A stretch of DNA of 64,000 nt, taken from Eledone cirrhosa. Lineage: Eukaryota. This document shows positions 36,266-51,854 of the stretch, one piece after another. The translations under genes were made by a program, and so were the position numbers. Numbering within the stretch: the stretch's first letter is position 1; the number at the start of each line of letters is the position of its first letter. The notes below the pieces were generated by a model. The model had not been told where the DNA came from. It did no database searches and saw only the letters and a list, made by a program, of their open reading frames with translations. The stretch is taken from assembly GCA_964016885.1 (NCBI GenBank), contig OZ024757.1, forward strand, positions 7,192,001 through 7,256,000, written 5' to 3'.

Positions 36266-39200
36266 ATCATGGCTTGGCTTCGAGAACAAAGATTAAGAAG
36301 GAGTTGTTCTTCGTTGATTGCAGGCCTGCTTGTGGCTGGTCAGTCCTATGTAGGACAGGCATGGCACAGCCACAGCTGAAGGTCTGGAGAAGGGTTTGAT
36401 AACTTAGTGTTGTGGTTCTTCCTCCTAGGTCTCTTCTCCTCAAAGGTGGCCCTGTGGGTGTTTTTCAAGGAGCAGACAGCATGGTTGTTGGTGAGACACC
36501 AGGTGTCCCATGTCTCAGCTGGGGTGGACCACCAGTGATGGTCGATGTGTTGGCCCCCTTTCACAATGATCAGTGGAGAGTTCACCATAGAGCATGATCC
36601 TGTGCAGATCCTTCATCCAGGAGATGTACCCTGCCCAGCTTGGTGTTGCACTCAAGGAGACGAAGGTGGTGATGTTAAGTGACCCACAACTCTAAGCCAT
36701 ATAGGAAGACGGGAAGGACTATGGTTCTGTACACTCTGATCTTGGTACCCTTCTTCAGGTGTTTATTATTCTACACAGGTTTGTACAGTCTGCCAAATGC
36801 ACTGCTCACCTTTGCCAGTCTGTTACCTGTCGATCTTGAGATGTGACGTGATGGTGCACCCCAGGTTGGTGAACAGATGGACCATTTTTCAGTTGTCTCA
36901 CCAATTGGTATATGGAGGGAGGTACTCTTCCTGAAGTGTAGGCTGGTGGTGTTCATCTATCTTCTTTAAGCTGACATCCCAAAGAGTTGGGCAGCTTCTG
37001 TGAAGCAGGAAGTGATGTGTTGCAAGACTCTTTCTGTGAGGCCAACAAGAGCAGCATCGTCTGCAAAGAAAAGGTCTCAGATCTGTTGCTCCAGGGACTT
37101 TCATGTGGGTCTGTAGTTGAGGAAGATTAAACAGGCTGCAGGCAAGATGGTAACAACATCTTGTGTGACCTGCTTGAACATCATGCTAAAGAGAGTCGGT
37201 GTTAGGACACAACCCTTCTACACACAGTTGATGTTTGGGAAGGGTTCTGAGAAGTCACTGTTGAGTCTGACCTGACCACACTGGCCTTCTTGTAGCTGGA
37301 TGACGATGTTCAGGAACTTCAGGGAACAAATGAGTCATTCCATGATCTGCTTACTATATTGAATGCTATAGTAAAATCAATAAACACCACATACAGCCCT
37401 TTATTTTGCTCTCAGCACTTCTCTTGAAGCTGCCTGAGAATGAACACCTTGTCTATGGTGTTGTTGTTGACTTTGTAACTACACTGACTCTTTGGGAGAT
37501 GTTATTGTGATGTCTGTGGTGTTGTTGTTGACTTTGTAGCTAGACTGACTCTCTGGGAGGTGTTATTGTGATGTCTATGGTGTTGTTGTTGACTTTGTAA
37601 CTACACTGACTCTCTGGGAGGTGTTATTGTGATGTCTATGGTGTTGTTGTTGACTTTGTAGCTACACTGACTCTCTGGGAGGTGTTATTGTGATGTCTAT
37701 GGTGTTGTTGTTGACTTTGTATCTACACTGACTCTCTGGGAGGTGTTATTGTGATGTATATGGTGTTGTTGTTGACTTTGTAGCTACACTGACTCTCTGG
37801 GAGGTGTTATTGTGATGTCTATGGCGTTGTTGTTGACGTTGTATCTACACTGACTCTCTGGGAGGTGTTATTGTGATGTCTGTGGTGTTGTTGTTGACTT
37901 TGTAGCTACACTGACTCTCTGGGAGGTGTTATTGTGATGTCTGTGGTGTTGTTGTTGACTCTGTAGCTAGACTGACTCTCTGGGAGGTGTTATTGTTGAC
38001 TTTGTAGCTACACTGACTCTCTGGGAGGTGTTATTGTTGACATTGTAGCTAGACTGACTCTCTGGGAGGTGTTATTGTTGACTTTGTAGCTACACTGACT
38101 CTCTGGGAGGTGTTATTGTGATGTCTATGGTGTTGTTGTTGACTTTGTATCTACACTGACTCTCTGGGAGGTGTTATTGTGATGTATGTGGTGTTGTTGT
38201 TGACTTTGTAGCTACACTGAGTCTCTGGGAGCTGTTATTGTGATGTCTATGGTGTTGTTGTTGACTTTGTAGCTACACTGACTCTCTGGGAGGTGTTATT
38301 GTGACGTCTATGGTGTTGTTGTTGACTTTGTAGCTACACTGACTCTCTGGGAGGTGTTATTGTGATGTCTATGGTATTATTGTTGACTTTGTAGCTACAC
38401 TGACTCTCTGGGAGGTGTTATTGTGATGTCTATGGTGTTGTTGTTGACTCTGCAGCTACACTGACTCTCTGGGAGGTGTTATTGTGATGTATATGGTGTT
38501 GTTGTTGACTCTGTAGCTACACTGACTTTCTGGGAGGTGTTATTGTGATGTCTATGGTGTTGCTGTTGACTTTGTATCTACACTGACTCTCTGGGAGGTG
38601 TTATTGTGACGTCTGTGGTGTTGTTGTTGACTTTGTAGCTACACTGACTCTCTGGGAGGTGTTATTGTGATATCTATGGTGTTGTTGTTGACTTTGTAGC
38701 TACACTGACTCTTTGGGAGGTGTTATTGTGATGTCTATGGTGTTGTTGTTGACTTTGTAGCTACACTGACTCTCTGGGAGGTGTTATTGTTGATTCTGTA
38801 GCTACACTGACTCTCTGGGAGGGGTTATTGTGATGTCTGTGGTGTTGTTGTTGACTTTGTAGCTACACTGACTCTCTGGGAGGTGTTATTGTGATGTCTG
38901 TGGTGTTGTTGTTGACATTGTAGCTACACTGACTCTCTGGGAGGTGTTATTGTGATGTCTATGGCGTTGTTGTTGACTTTGTAGCTACACTGACTCTCTG
39001 GGAGGTGTTATTGTGAGGTCTATGGTGGTGTAGTTGTCTTTGTAGCTAGACTGACTCTCTGGGAGGAGGTGTTATTGTGACGTCTGTGGTGTTGTTGTTG
39101 ACTCTGTAGCTACACTGACACTCTGGGAGGTGTTATTGTGATGTCTATGGTGTTGTTGTTGACTCTGTAGCTACACTGACTCTCTGGTAGGTGTTATTGT

Positions 39201-40075
39201 GATGTCTATGGTGTTGTTGTTGACTCTGTAGCTACACTGACTCTCTGGTAGGTGTTATTGTGATGTCTATGGTGTTGTTGTTGACTTTGTAGCTACACTG
39301 ACTCTCTGGGAGGTGTTATTGTTGACTTTGTAGCTACACTAACTCTCTGGGAGGTATTATTGTGATGTCTCTGGTGTTGTTGTTGACTTTGTAGCTACAC
39401 TGACTCTCTGGGAGGTGTTATTGTGATGTCTATGGTGTTGTTGTTGACTCTGTAGCTACACTGACTCTCTGGGAGGTATTATTGTGATGTCTATGGTGTT
39501 GTTGTTGACTCTGTAGCTACACTGACTCCCTGCGAGGTGTTATTGTGATGTCTATGGTGTTGTTGTTGACTTTGTAGCTACACTGACTCTCTGGGAGGTG
39601 TTGTTGTGATGTCTGTGGTGTTGCTGTTGACTCTGTAGCTAGACTGACTAACTGGGAGGTGTCATTGTGATGTCTATGGTGTTGTTGTTGACATTGTAGC
39701 TACACTGACTCTCTGGGAGGTATTATTGTGATGTCTATGGTGTTGTTGTTGTCTTTGTAGCTACACTGACTCTCTGGGAGGTGTTATTCTGCAATAGTAG
39801 GTACCATCTGGTTCAACAGCATCTTTGCAGGGATTTTCTCATGACAGAGAACAGAATAACCCCCCAGTAATTTGAGTACTCTGACTTTGCCTCTTTGTTC
39901 TTGTAAAGGGTGATGGTGATTGCACTACAGAGATCTTGTGGAGTTTCACATGTAATGCTGGGCTCCCATGTTTCAACATCTTATGTAGAATTCCTTCAAC
40001 TCCTGCAGCATTGCCACTCCTTAGCAGCTATATAGCTTTGGTGGTCTCTTCAGTGGTGGACAAGTCATCCATGTT
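36266..40075 (-). mobile_element. Decayed RTE LINE of a second (BovB/AviRTE-like) lineage, interrupted by a satellite made from its own RT
   Basis: EETTKAI...GNAAGVEGI; PQDL...ITLYKNK...SNYWG; LPESQC; VFILRQLQEKC*EQNKGLY; 3' end aatctttgttctcgaagccaagccatgat. Confidence 0.85.
37451..39788. repeat. 61-bp minisatellite, ~38 copies
   Basis: tgtgatgtctatggtgttgttgttgactttgtagctacactgactctctgggaggtgttat, with some 40-bp deletion variants. Confidence 0.95.
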
Positions 40076-40087
40076 TGTGTGTTCATG

Positions 40088-40265
40088 GCTTGATTGAAAA
40101 TCAGTGCTGTGAAAATTGAGACACTCATCCTCTCAAGGAAGCCTGCACCCTGCACTCTACATGTGAATGGAGTTCCACTGAAGCAAGTGAAGAAGTTCAA
40201 GTATTTCAGGGCCATGTCCACAAGTGATGGCTGAAAGAATATGATCACAAATACAAGTGGCCGAA
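40088..40265 (+). mobile_element. Rex3/Expander-like RTE RT fragment (duplicate at ~51625-51800)
   Basis: LKISAVKIETLILSRKPAPCTLHVNGVPLKQVKKFKYFRAMSTSDG*. Confidence 0.7.
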
Positions 40266-40318
40266 ATAGGGTCCTTGGAATAATGTTATTAAATAGAGTG
40301 CATGCCTCATAGAGTTGC

Positions 40319-40669
<351 letters not shown>

Positions 40670-40839
40670 AGTAATTCTTGAAGTATATTTAAAAGTTGAG
40701 AATTGATATTACAGTGAAGAAAATGTTTGTGTGTATGTGTTCTATTGAAACACTATTGTGTTGTTCTGGGCCTATCTCAGTAGAATTTCAAATGGTAGAT
40801 TGACATATTCTACATTTACTTTAATATAGATTTAAACAA

Positions 40840-41060
40840 AGATGGTAGAATGGCAGAATTGGTAGAGCACCAGATAAAATATTATTGCAGTATTTGTTCT
40901 GGTTCTTAACATTCCCAGTTCAACTCCTGCCAAGGTCAAATAATTATTTCAACATTCTAGAGTTGATAAAATATATTACCAGTTATGTATTGGGGTTGGT
41001 TTAATCAACTTTGCTCCTCTCCTGAATCTGCTGCTCTTGAGCCTAATTTACAAATCAACA
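40840..41060 (+). mobile_element. Old SINE related to family A (duplicate at ~52378-52595)
   Basis: tggcagaattggtagagc...agttcaactcctgccaaggtcaa...gttgataaaat...cttgagcctaa. Confidence 0.6.
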
Positions 41061-41337
41061 GAGATTTAACTAGTTTTAGCAAATAATATTTGTTGCTTCA
41101 TATTTCTTGAAACATTTCTTATAATTTACTGTGACTAACAACAATCAGTAAACTATACCATCACTACCCCCAATGATACAAACCTGGACAGTGTGGGAGA
41201 ATTCTCTCTGGCATGGAGAACACTAGGTACCAGTTACCTTGTGGTCCCAGGAGAGGACAGAATAGTGAAAGAGGGTTACCCTGGGGGACAGTGAGTGAGA
41301 TGTGTTGAAATAGCTTTTAAAATTTGTGGGGGCTCAC

Positions 41338-42298
41338 ACCTGTGTGTGGCCAACTCCACCCTGATAACAGTTAGTAGGGAGGTGGTATAGGGACCAAGTT
41401 TGACAATTGTCTCCACCACTATAGTTTAACAAGACACTCCTGTGGGTGGCTAACTCCACCCTGATAACAGTTAGTAGGGAGGTGGTTTAGGGACCAAGTC
41501 TGACAATTGTCTCCACCACTATAGTTTAACAAGACACTCCTGTGTGTTGCTAACTCCACCCTGATAACAGTTAGTAGGGAGGTGTTATAGGGACCAAGTC
41601 TGACAATTGTCTCCACCACTATAGTTTAACAAGACACTCCTGTGTGTTGTTAACTCCACCCTGATAACAGTTAGTAGGGAGGTGGTATAGGGATCAAGTC
41701 TGACAATTGTCTCCACCACTATAGTTTAACAAGACACTGCTGTGTGTTGCTAACTCGACCCTGATAACAGTTAGTAGGGAGGTGTTATAGGGACCAAGTC
41801 TGACAATTGTCTCCACCACTATAGTTTAACAACACACTCCTGTGTGTTGCTAACTCCACCCTTATAACAGTTAGTAGGGAGGTGGTATAGGGACCAAGTC
41901 TGACAATTGTCTCCACCACTATAGTTTAACAAGACACTCCTGTGGGTGGCCAACTCCACCCTGATAACAGTTAGTAGGGAGGTGGTATAGGGACCAAGTC
42001 TGACAATTGTCTCCACCACTATAGTTTAACAAGACACTCCTTTGGGTGGCTAACTCCACCCTGATAACAGTTAGTAGGGAGGTGGTAGAGGGACCAAGTC
42101 AGACAATTGTCTCCACCACTATAGTTTAACAAGACACTCCTGTGGGTGGCCAACTCCACCCTGATAACAGTTAGTAGGGAGGTGGTATAGGGACCAAGTC
42201 TGACAATTGTCTCCACCACTATAGTTTAACAAGACACTCCTGTGGGTGGCTAACTCCACCCTGATAACAGTTAGTAGGGAGCTGGTATAGGGACCAAG
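41338..42298. repeat. 100-bp satellite, ~9.6 copies (paralog 52873-53733, ~8.6 copies)
   Basis: ctcctgtg.gtggctaactccaccctgataacagttagtagggaggtggtatagggaccaagtctgacaattgtctccaccactatagtttaacaagaca. Confidence 0.95.
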
Positions 42299-42526
42299 AA
42301 CGCCAGAAATCTCCATTACTACAAGTTCAACAACAAACAACTAATACTTCAACAGTTTGTGATATTTTGTGACTAAGTTTTCATTTTTCTTGTTACTTTA
42401 GGGAAACAATGATACCACCAAAGTTAGTGGCCCTATAACCAGGATATTGTCAAATTTCTAAATTTCAGTTGTAAAATATACGAAGAGTGATAGAATTTCA
42501 ATGATTTTAAACAATATTGAAGTGTT

Positions 42527-44294
42527 TGTGTTAGATGTATTAAAACTACTTACAAGGTGATATCATTACATAGTGTTAATAACAGAGATTTAGATGGGTG
42601 TTAGATGTATTAAAACTACTCACAAGATGATATCATTACATATGGTGTTAATAACAGAGATTTAGATGGGTGTTAGATGTATTAAAACTACTTACAAGAT
42701 GATATCATTACATATGGTGTTAATAACAGAGATTTAGATGGGTGTTAGATGTATTAAAACTACTTACAAGATGATATCATTACATATGGTGTTAATAACA
42801 GAGATTTAGATGGGTGTTAGATGTATTAAAACTACTTACAAGATAATATCATTACATATGGTGTTAATAACAGAGATTTAGATGGGTGTTAGATGTATTA
42901 AAACTACTCACAAGATGATATCATTACATATGGTGTTAATAACAGAGATTTAGATAGGTGTTAGATGTATTAAAACTACTTACAAGATGATATCATTACA
43001 TACGGTGTTAATAACAGAGATTTAGATGGGTGCTAGATGTATTAAAACTACTAACAAGATGATATCATTACATATGGTGTTAATAACAGAGATTTAGATA
43101 GGTGTTAGATGTATTAAAACTACTTACAAGGTGATATCATTACATATAGTGTTAATAACAGAGATTTAGATAGGTGTTAGATGTATTAAAACTACTTACA
43201 AGATGATATCATTACATACAGTGTTAATAACAGAGATTTAGATGGGTGCTAGATGTATTAAAACTACTAACAAGATGATATCATTACATATGGTGTTAAT
43301 AACAGAGATTTAGATGGGTGTTAGATGTATTAAAACTACTTACAAGGTGATATCATTATATATGGTGTTAATAACAGAGATTTAGATGGGTGTTAGATGT
43401 ATTAAAACTACTTACAAGATGATATCATTACATATGGTGTTAATAGCAGAGATGTAGATGGGTGTTAGATGTATTAAAACTACTTACAAGATATCATTAC
43501 ATCTGGTCTTAATAACAGGGATTTAGATGGGTGTTAGATGTATTAAAACTACTTACAAGATGTGGATTGGCAGTATCAGTAGAGGGTCGGACGCCATGCT
43601 TTCCAGCATAGTTACGTCCCTTTACGATCTGAGTTCAAATCCCGCCGAGGTTGACTTTGCCTTTCATCCTTACGGGGTCGATAAAATAAAGTACCAGTAA
43701 TGCACTGGGTAATTGCTGGCCTTGTGCCTAAAGTAGAAACAATTACATATGGTGTTAATAACAGAGATTTAGATGGGTGTTAGATGTATTAAAACTACTT
43801 ACAAGATGATATCATTACATATGGTGTTAATAACAGAGATTTAGATGTTTAGATGGGTGTTAGATGTATTAAAACTACTCACAAGATGATATCATTACAT
43901 ATGGTGTTAATAACAGAGATTTAGATGGGTGTTAGATGTATTAAAACTACTTACAAGATGATATCATTACATATGGTGTTAATAACAGAGATTTAGATGT
44001 TTAGATGGGTGTTAGATGTATTAAAACTACTCACAAGATGATATCATTACATATGGTGTTAATTACAGAGATTTAGATGGGTGTTAGATGTATTAAAACT
44101 ACTCACAAGATGATATCATTACATATGGTGTTAATAACAGAGATTTAGATGGGTGTTAGATGTATTAAAACTACTTACAAGATGATATCATTACATATGG
44201 TGTTAATAACAGAGATTTAGATAGGTGTTCAATGTATTAAAACTACTTACAAATGATATCATTACATGTGGTGTTAATAACAGAGATTTAGATG
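42527..44294. repeat. 72-bp satellite (paralog 53963-55441)
   Basis: tagatgtattaaaactacttacaagatgatatcattacatatggtgttaataacagagatttagatgggtgt. Confidence 0.95.
43561..43745 (+). mobile_element. SINE A inserted in the 72-bp satellite
   Basis: Near-identical to 22295-22479; ~5-bp target deletion, no TSD; absent from the paralogous array. Confidence 0.9.
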
Positions 44295-44668
44295 GCAAAA
44301 TAAAAAAAAGTTTGAAGTTAGACTTGATAAATTCCTTGAATGTAATTTTTTTATTAACAACAAATAGAATGAAATTTTGGACATAAATACAATTTATAAA
44401 ATTAATTATGAAAAATTAATAAATTATTTACAAAACAATGAAATCAATAAAAAAAAAAGTGAGTCAAAAAGAAAATGTTGTATAACAGAGAATGTTGATT
44501 TTACCCTCTAAAATTTCTGAGACTAGACACACACAGCATTACCTCAGGTGATAGAGGGCTCTTCCATTACACATTACAACAGGGAATGTTGGTGTAGGCC
44601 TCTAAAAATTATCATAGCAGAGAAGACATTACCTCAGGTGATAGAGGGTCCCTTAATTACACACTACA

Positions 44669-45914
<1,246 letters not shown>

Positions 45915-46484
45915 AGTAATTGTTGGAGAATTCTTCGCAGTTCTGAAGATATATGACTGTGTAAGACAGATGTTGGTATAAGAAAGTGTAAGAGAGTGTG
46001 TGTGTGTTTGTGTCTTAATAAATCGGGATTATTCACCACGGAGTGTAGAAAAGTACACAATATCTGCTGTGTTAACAATACAAATGATACGTACTTTATA
46101 TTTCAAGTTCAAGTGTAAAGTCAGGAAAGACCAGGGAAGCTAATTGTTCAGATGTTGGTGATTTAAACCTATTTCTCACTGTCCTGTAAAATGTGGAGCA
46201 ACCAATTAACGATGTAGTGTAGTTTCACATGAAAGGAAATATTTAATCATGTAGGAGATGGAACACCTACCCTGGAACATGGAGCTCACTCTATGTTATC
46301 TATAGAATATTAACTTTCACCTTAACATGAGATAATTGCTATACAAGATATAATTAGATTAATTAAAGTTATAATTAAGATAGCAGGTACGTGGTGTCGT
46401 TGGTAATGTTTCCCCGCTCTTAAATAAAACCGGTGTCATACGTTAAAAGTCCCTGACATAATTTAATTCCTTCAGAAAGACCTT

Positions 46485-47970
46485 CATCATCATCATCATC
46501 ATGATCAACGTTTAACGTCCGTGTTCCACGCTTGCATGGGTTTGGACGGGGGTAGTCCCACTTGAGGCAAGAGTGATTGTCTTGCTCGCATAGGACTGTC
46601 TGGCAGGTTTTCTACAGTTGGATGCCCTTCCTAACACCAACCACATTTACAGTGTGGGTCTGGGAGGTTTTTACCGTGTTGCCTACACGGCCACATTACA
46701 GCGTGGACTGTGTGTTTTTTTGTCGTGACACCTACACGATCTCATTTGTTTCGGCCTGGATGGCGCGGCACCAACATAACTTTACATAGAACGGGGTGGT
46801 GTGGTGGTGGGACGGGGTGTATTTTGTTAGAGATGCCTACTGGCAAGGCGGGTCTTCTCTGTGACTGAGTACCGCCAAAGGTCTCGGTCCAGTGACATTG
46901 TCTTTGAGAGGTGTAAGTGTGTGCGGTCGGAGTTTATCAGCTCGTCCCAGGCTTTTCTAGGTCTGCCTATTCCGTGGCTACCGTCTATCTTTATTGCCCT
47001 GCACTTTGTTATACAGCTATCGACTTTCATGCGCATCACATGTCCATACCAACGTAGCCTTCTCTCGAGTAAACAACATCTGATCCCTCTTATCTCTAAT
47101 TTTTTCCTTAGTTCGTTTATGCTTTGCCGTTCACGTATATTACTGTTACACATCCAGCGGAGCATGCAAGCTTCGTTCCTCTCTAGTCTGCGTATATCCT
47201 CTGCACACAATGCCCAGGTCTCACTGCCATGCAACATTGCTGTTCGTATGCAGGCATCGTACAACCTGCCTTTCATTTTTAGGGAGAACCCTTTCGCAGC
47301 TAATAGTGGTATAAGCTCTCTGAACTTTTTCCAACCAGTTCTGACTCTAGCTACTGTACTTTCAGAGCACCCTCCCCCACTGCTGATTTTATCGCCCGGG
47401 TAACGGAAGCTGTCCACTATTTCTATAGAACCCTCTGCGCAATTGAAAGAGCTAGTATTTTTTGGGCACTTGCTGCTACTTATTGCACCAGAACACCGCC
47501 CACATGTAAAATCTAAGTTCTTAGTTAGCTTACCTGTGATTCCACTACATCTTTTATGCATCCATACTTTGCATTTAGGACATAAAATGGAGTTTCTACC
47601 TACGCCTTTCCTACACACCGAGCACGACCACTTCCCAGAAGGGACCGCCGCCTTGTTTTCTTTCCTACAAACTAGAACTTTAGTCTTAGCCAGGTTAATT
47701 TTAAGTCCTTTTGATTCTAGGCCGTGCTTCCATGTTTGGAATTTCTTCTCTAGCTCGGCCATTGATTCAGCTATGAGTGTCAGGTCGTCTGCGTATAGGA
47801 GTTCCCATGGGCAGCCGGTCTTGAACTCCTCTGTTATAGCCTGAAGGGCAATAATAAATAGTAGGGGGCTGAGAACAGAGCCCTGATGGACGCCAACTTT
47901 TACGCTAAACTCTTCACTATATTCGTTGTTAATTCTAACCTTGCTGACTGTTTCTTTATACATGGCTTAT
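46485..47970 (-). mobile_element. 5'-truncated RTE LINE with uninterrupted 378-aa partial ORF (RT plus PHD-like insert) and (TGA)n tail
   Basis: ORF 46827-47963; empty site at 35321-35345. Confidence 0.95.
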
Positions 47971-48364
47971 CAATTCACTCCATCAATTGTATCCAACCAT
48001 TGGTAAAACAAACAACATCTTCCAGTAAAATATTTATTACGTAACAACGAGGGAGTCTCTTACCTGGTTACTTGACCTGGTAGAAATAGCAGCCAACACA
48101 CACTCTAAAGTCTTAAAGTAAAGGAATTACACATTTCGTGACTCGACAGGTTTGCGGTCGTGCCCTTGGCAGTAGGGACTTCCGGTGTCCTTGGCCCTAG
48201 GGCTACTTCCCTACCTACCACCATAGAAACAGAGTTTACTACCCGCAGAGAGACTCTTACCTAGTAGCTTGACGTGGTAGAAGAAATAGCAGCCAAATAT
48301 CATTCTCTACTGTCTTACGGCAACAAAGACGATGTTCTGCGGTTTAGTCACACACACACACGTA

Positions 48365-48419
<55 letters not shown>

Positions 48420-48508
48420 CTGTATATAACCCTGTAGCTCTAAATAAACATCGCCCATATTCTGCAGTTTATAACACTGGAAGAACACATTCAGTCACAC
48501 ACACACAC

Positions 48509-48543
<35 letters not shown>

Positions 48544-48706
48544 AACTAGATGGGTACAGCTAAAACCATTTCCAATATTTAAATATATGCCTACTCGATC
48601 ATACTAATCTGGGACTTGAATTATGCCATGGTGAGGTTGTCTCCCCTGGTAGTGTTAATTGTTTGTATATATATTTATATCTCCATCTGTAACTCAATAA
48701 AATTTA

Positions 48707-51605
48707 ACATGGCTTGGCTTCGAGAACAAAGATTAAGAAGGAGTTGTTCTACGTTGATTGAAGGCCTGCTTGTGGCTGGTCAGGCCTATGTAGAACAGGC
48801 ATGGCACAGCCACACATGGAGGTCTGGAGAAGGGTTTGATAACTTAGTGTTGTGGTTCTTCCTCCTAGGTCTCTTGTCCTCGAGGGTGGCCCTGTGGGTG
48901 TTTTTCAAGGAGCAAACAGCATGGTTGTTGGTGAGACACCAGGCGTCCCATGTCTCAGCTAGGGTGAACCACCAGTGATGGTCGATGTGACAAGGAATTC
49001 TTTCAAATAGTCCTTGTATTGCTTCTTGGTGGCCCCCTGTCACATTGACCAGTGGAGAGTTCACCATAGAGCATGATCCTGGGCAGATCCTTCATCCAGG
49101 AGATCTACCCTGCCTAGCTTGGTGTTGCACTCAAGGAGACGAAGGTGGTGATGTTAAGTGATGTGTTGCAAGACTCTTTCTGTGAGGCCAACAAGAGCAG
49201 GATCGTCTGCAAAGAAAAGGTCTCAGAGCTGTTGCTCCAGGGACTTTCATGTGGGCCTGTAGTTGAGGAAGATTAAACAGGCTGCAGGCAAGATGGTATC
49301 AACATCTTCTGTGACCTGCTTGAACATCATGCTAAAGAGAGTTGGTGCTAGGACACAACCCTTCTACACACAGTTGATATTTGGGAAGGGTCCTGAAAGG
49401 TCACTGTTGAGTCTGACCTGACAACACTGGCCTTCCTGTAGCTGGATGACGATGTTCAGGAACTTCAGGGAACAAATGAGTCATTCCATGATCTGCTCAT
49501 TATATTGAATGATTTAGTAAAGTCAATAAACACCACATACAGCCCTTTATTTTGCTCTCAGCACTTTTCTTGGAGCTGCCTGAGAATGAACACCTTGTCT
49601 ATGGTGTTGTTGTTGACTCTGTAGCTACACTGACTCTCTGGGAGGTGTTATTGTGATGTCTATGGTGTTGTTGTTGACTCTGTAGCTACACTAACTCTCT
49701 GGGAGGTGTTATTGTGATGTCTATGGTGTTGTTGTTGACATTGTAGCTATACTGACTCTCTGGGAGGTGTTATTGTGATGTCTATGGTGTTGTTGTTGAC
49801 TTTGTAGCTACACTGACTCTCTGGGAGGAGTTATTGTGATGTATGTGGTGTTGTTGTTGACTTTGTGGCTACACTGACTCTCTGGAAGGTGTTATTGTGA
49901 TGTATGTGGTGTTGTTGTTGACTTTGTAGCTACACTGACTCTCTGGGAGGTGTTATTGTGATGTATATGGTGTTGTTGTTGACATTGTAGCTATCTAACT
50001 CTCTGGGAGGTGTTATTGTGATGTATATGGTGTTGTTGTTGACTCTGTAGCTAGACTGACTCTCTGGGAGGTGTTATTGTGATGTCTATGGTGTTGTTGT
50101 TGACTTTGTAGCTACACTGACTCTCTGGGAGGTGTTATTGTGATGTCTGTGGTGTTGTTATTGACTTTGTAGCTACACTGACTCTCTGAGAGGAGCTATT
50201 GTGATGTCTGTGGTGTTGCTGTTGACTTTGTAGCTACACTGACTCTCTGGGAGGTGTTATTGTGATGTCTGTGGTGTTGTTGTTGACTTTGTAGCTACAC
50301 TGACTCTCTGGGAGCTATTATTGTGACGTCTGTGGTGTTGCTGTTGACTCTGTAGCTACACTGACTCTCTGGGAGGTGTTATTGTGATGTCTGTGGTGTT
50401 GCTGTTGACTTTGTAGCTACACTGACTCTCTGGGAGGTGTTATTGTGATGTATATGGTGTTGTTGTTGACTCTGTAGCTACACTGACTCTCTGGGAGGTG
50501 TTATCGTGATGCTGTGGTGTTGCTGTTGACTTTGTAGCTACACTGACTCTCTGGGAGGTGTTATTGTGATGTATATGGTGTTGTTGTTGACTCTGTAGCT
50601 ACACTGACTCTCTGGGAGGTGTTATTGTGATGTCTGTGGTGTTGCTGTTGACTTTGTAGCTACACTGACTCTCTGGGAGGTGTTATTGTGATGTATATGG
50701 TGTTGTTGTTGACTCTGTAGCTACACTGACTCTCTGGGAAGTGTTATTGTGATGTCTGTGGTGTTGTTGTTGACTCTGTAGCTACACTGACTCTCTGGGA
50801 GGTGTTATTGTGATGTCTATGGTGTTGTTGTTGATTCTGTAGCTACACTAACTCTCTGGGAGGTGTTATTGTGATGTCTGTGGTGTTGTTGTTGACTTTG
50901 TAGCTACACTGACTCTCTGGGAAGTGTTATTGTGATGTCTGTGGTGTTGTTGTTGACTCTGTAGCTACACTAACTCTCTGGGAGGTGTTATTGTGATGTC
51001 TATGGTGTTGTTGACTCTGTAGCTAGACTGACTCTCTGGGAGGTGTTGTTGTTGACTCTGTAGCTACACTGACTCTCAGGGAGGTGTTATTGTGATGTCT
51101 ATGATGTTGTTGTTGATTCTGTAGCTATACTAACTCTCTGGGAGGTGTTATTGGGATGTCTATGGTGTTGTTGTTGACTTTGTAGCTACACCGACTCTCT
51201 GGGAGGTGTTATTGTGATGTCTATGGTGTTGTTGACTCTGTAGCTACACTGACTCTCAGGGAGGTGTTATTGTGATGTCTATGATGTTGTTGGTGATGCT
51301 GTAGCTACACTAACTCTCTGGGAGGTGTTATTCTGCAATGGTAGGTACCATCTGGTTCAACAGCATCTTTGCAGGGATTTTTCTCATGACAGAGAACAGG
51401 ATAACCCCCCCGTAATTTGAGTAGTCTGACTTTGCCCCTTTGTTCTTGTAAAGGGTGATGGTTATTGCACTACAGAGATCTTGTGGAGTTTCACATGTAA
51501 TGCTGGGCTCCCATGTTTCAACATCTTCTGTAGAATTCCTTCAACTCCTGCAGCATTGCCACTCCTTAGCAGCTTGGTGGTCTCTTCAGTGGTGGACAAG
51601 TCATC
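48707..51605 (-). mobile_element. Duplicate of the BovB-like RTE, with 61-bp array at 49597-51332
   Basis: Colinear with 36266-40075; lacks ~330 bp deleted between AAGTGA microhomologies at ~49160. Confidence 0.85.
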
Positions 51606-51854
51606 CATGTTTGTGTGTTCATGGCTTGAATGAAAATCAGTGCTGTGAAAATTGAGACACTCATCCTCTCAAGGAAGCCTGCACCCTGCACTCTACATGT
51701 GAATGGAGTTCCACTGAAGCAAGTGGAGAAGTTCAAGTATTTCAGGGCCATGTCCACAAGTGATGGCTGAAAGAATATGATCACAAATACAAGTGGCCGA
51801 AAGGGCGTCCTTGGAATAATGTTATTAAATAGAGTGCATGCCTCATAGAGTTGC

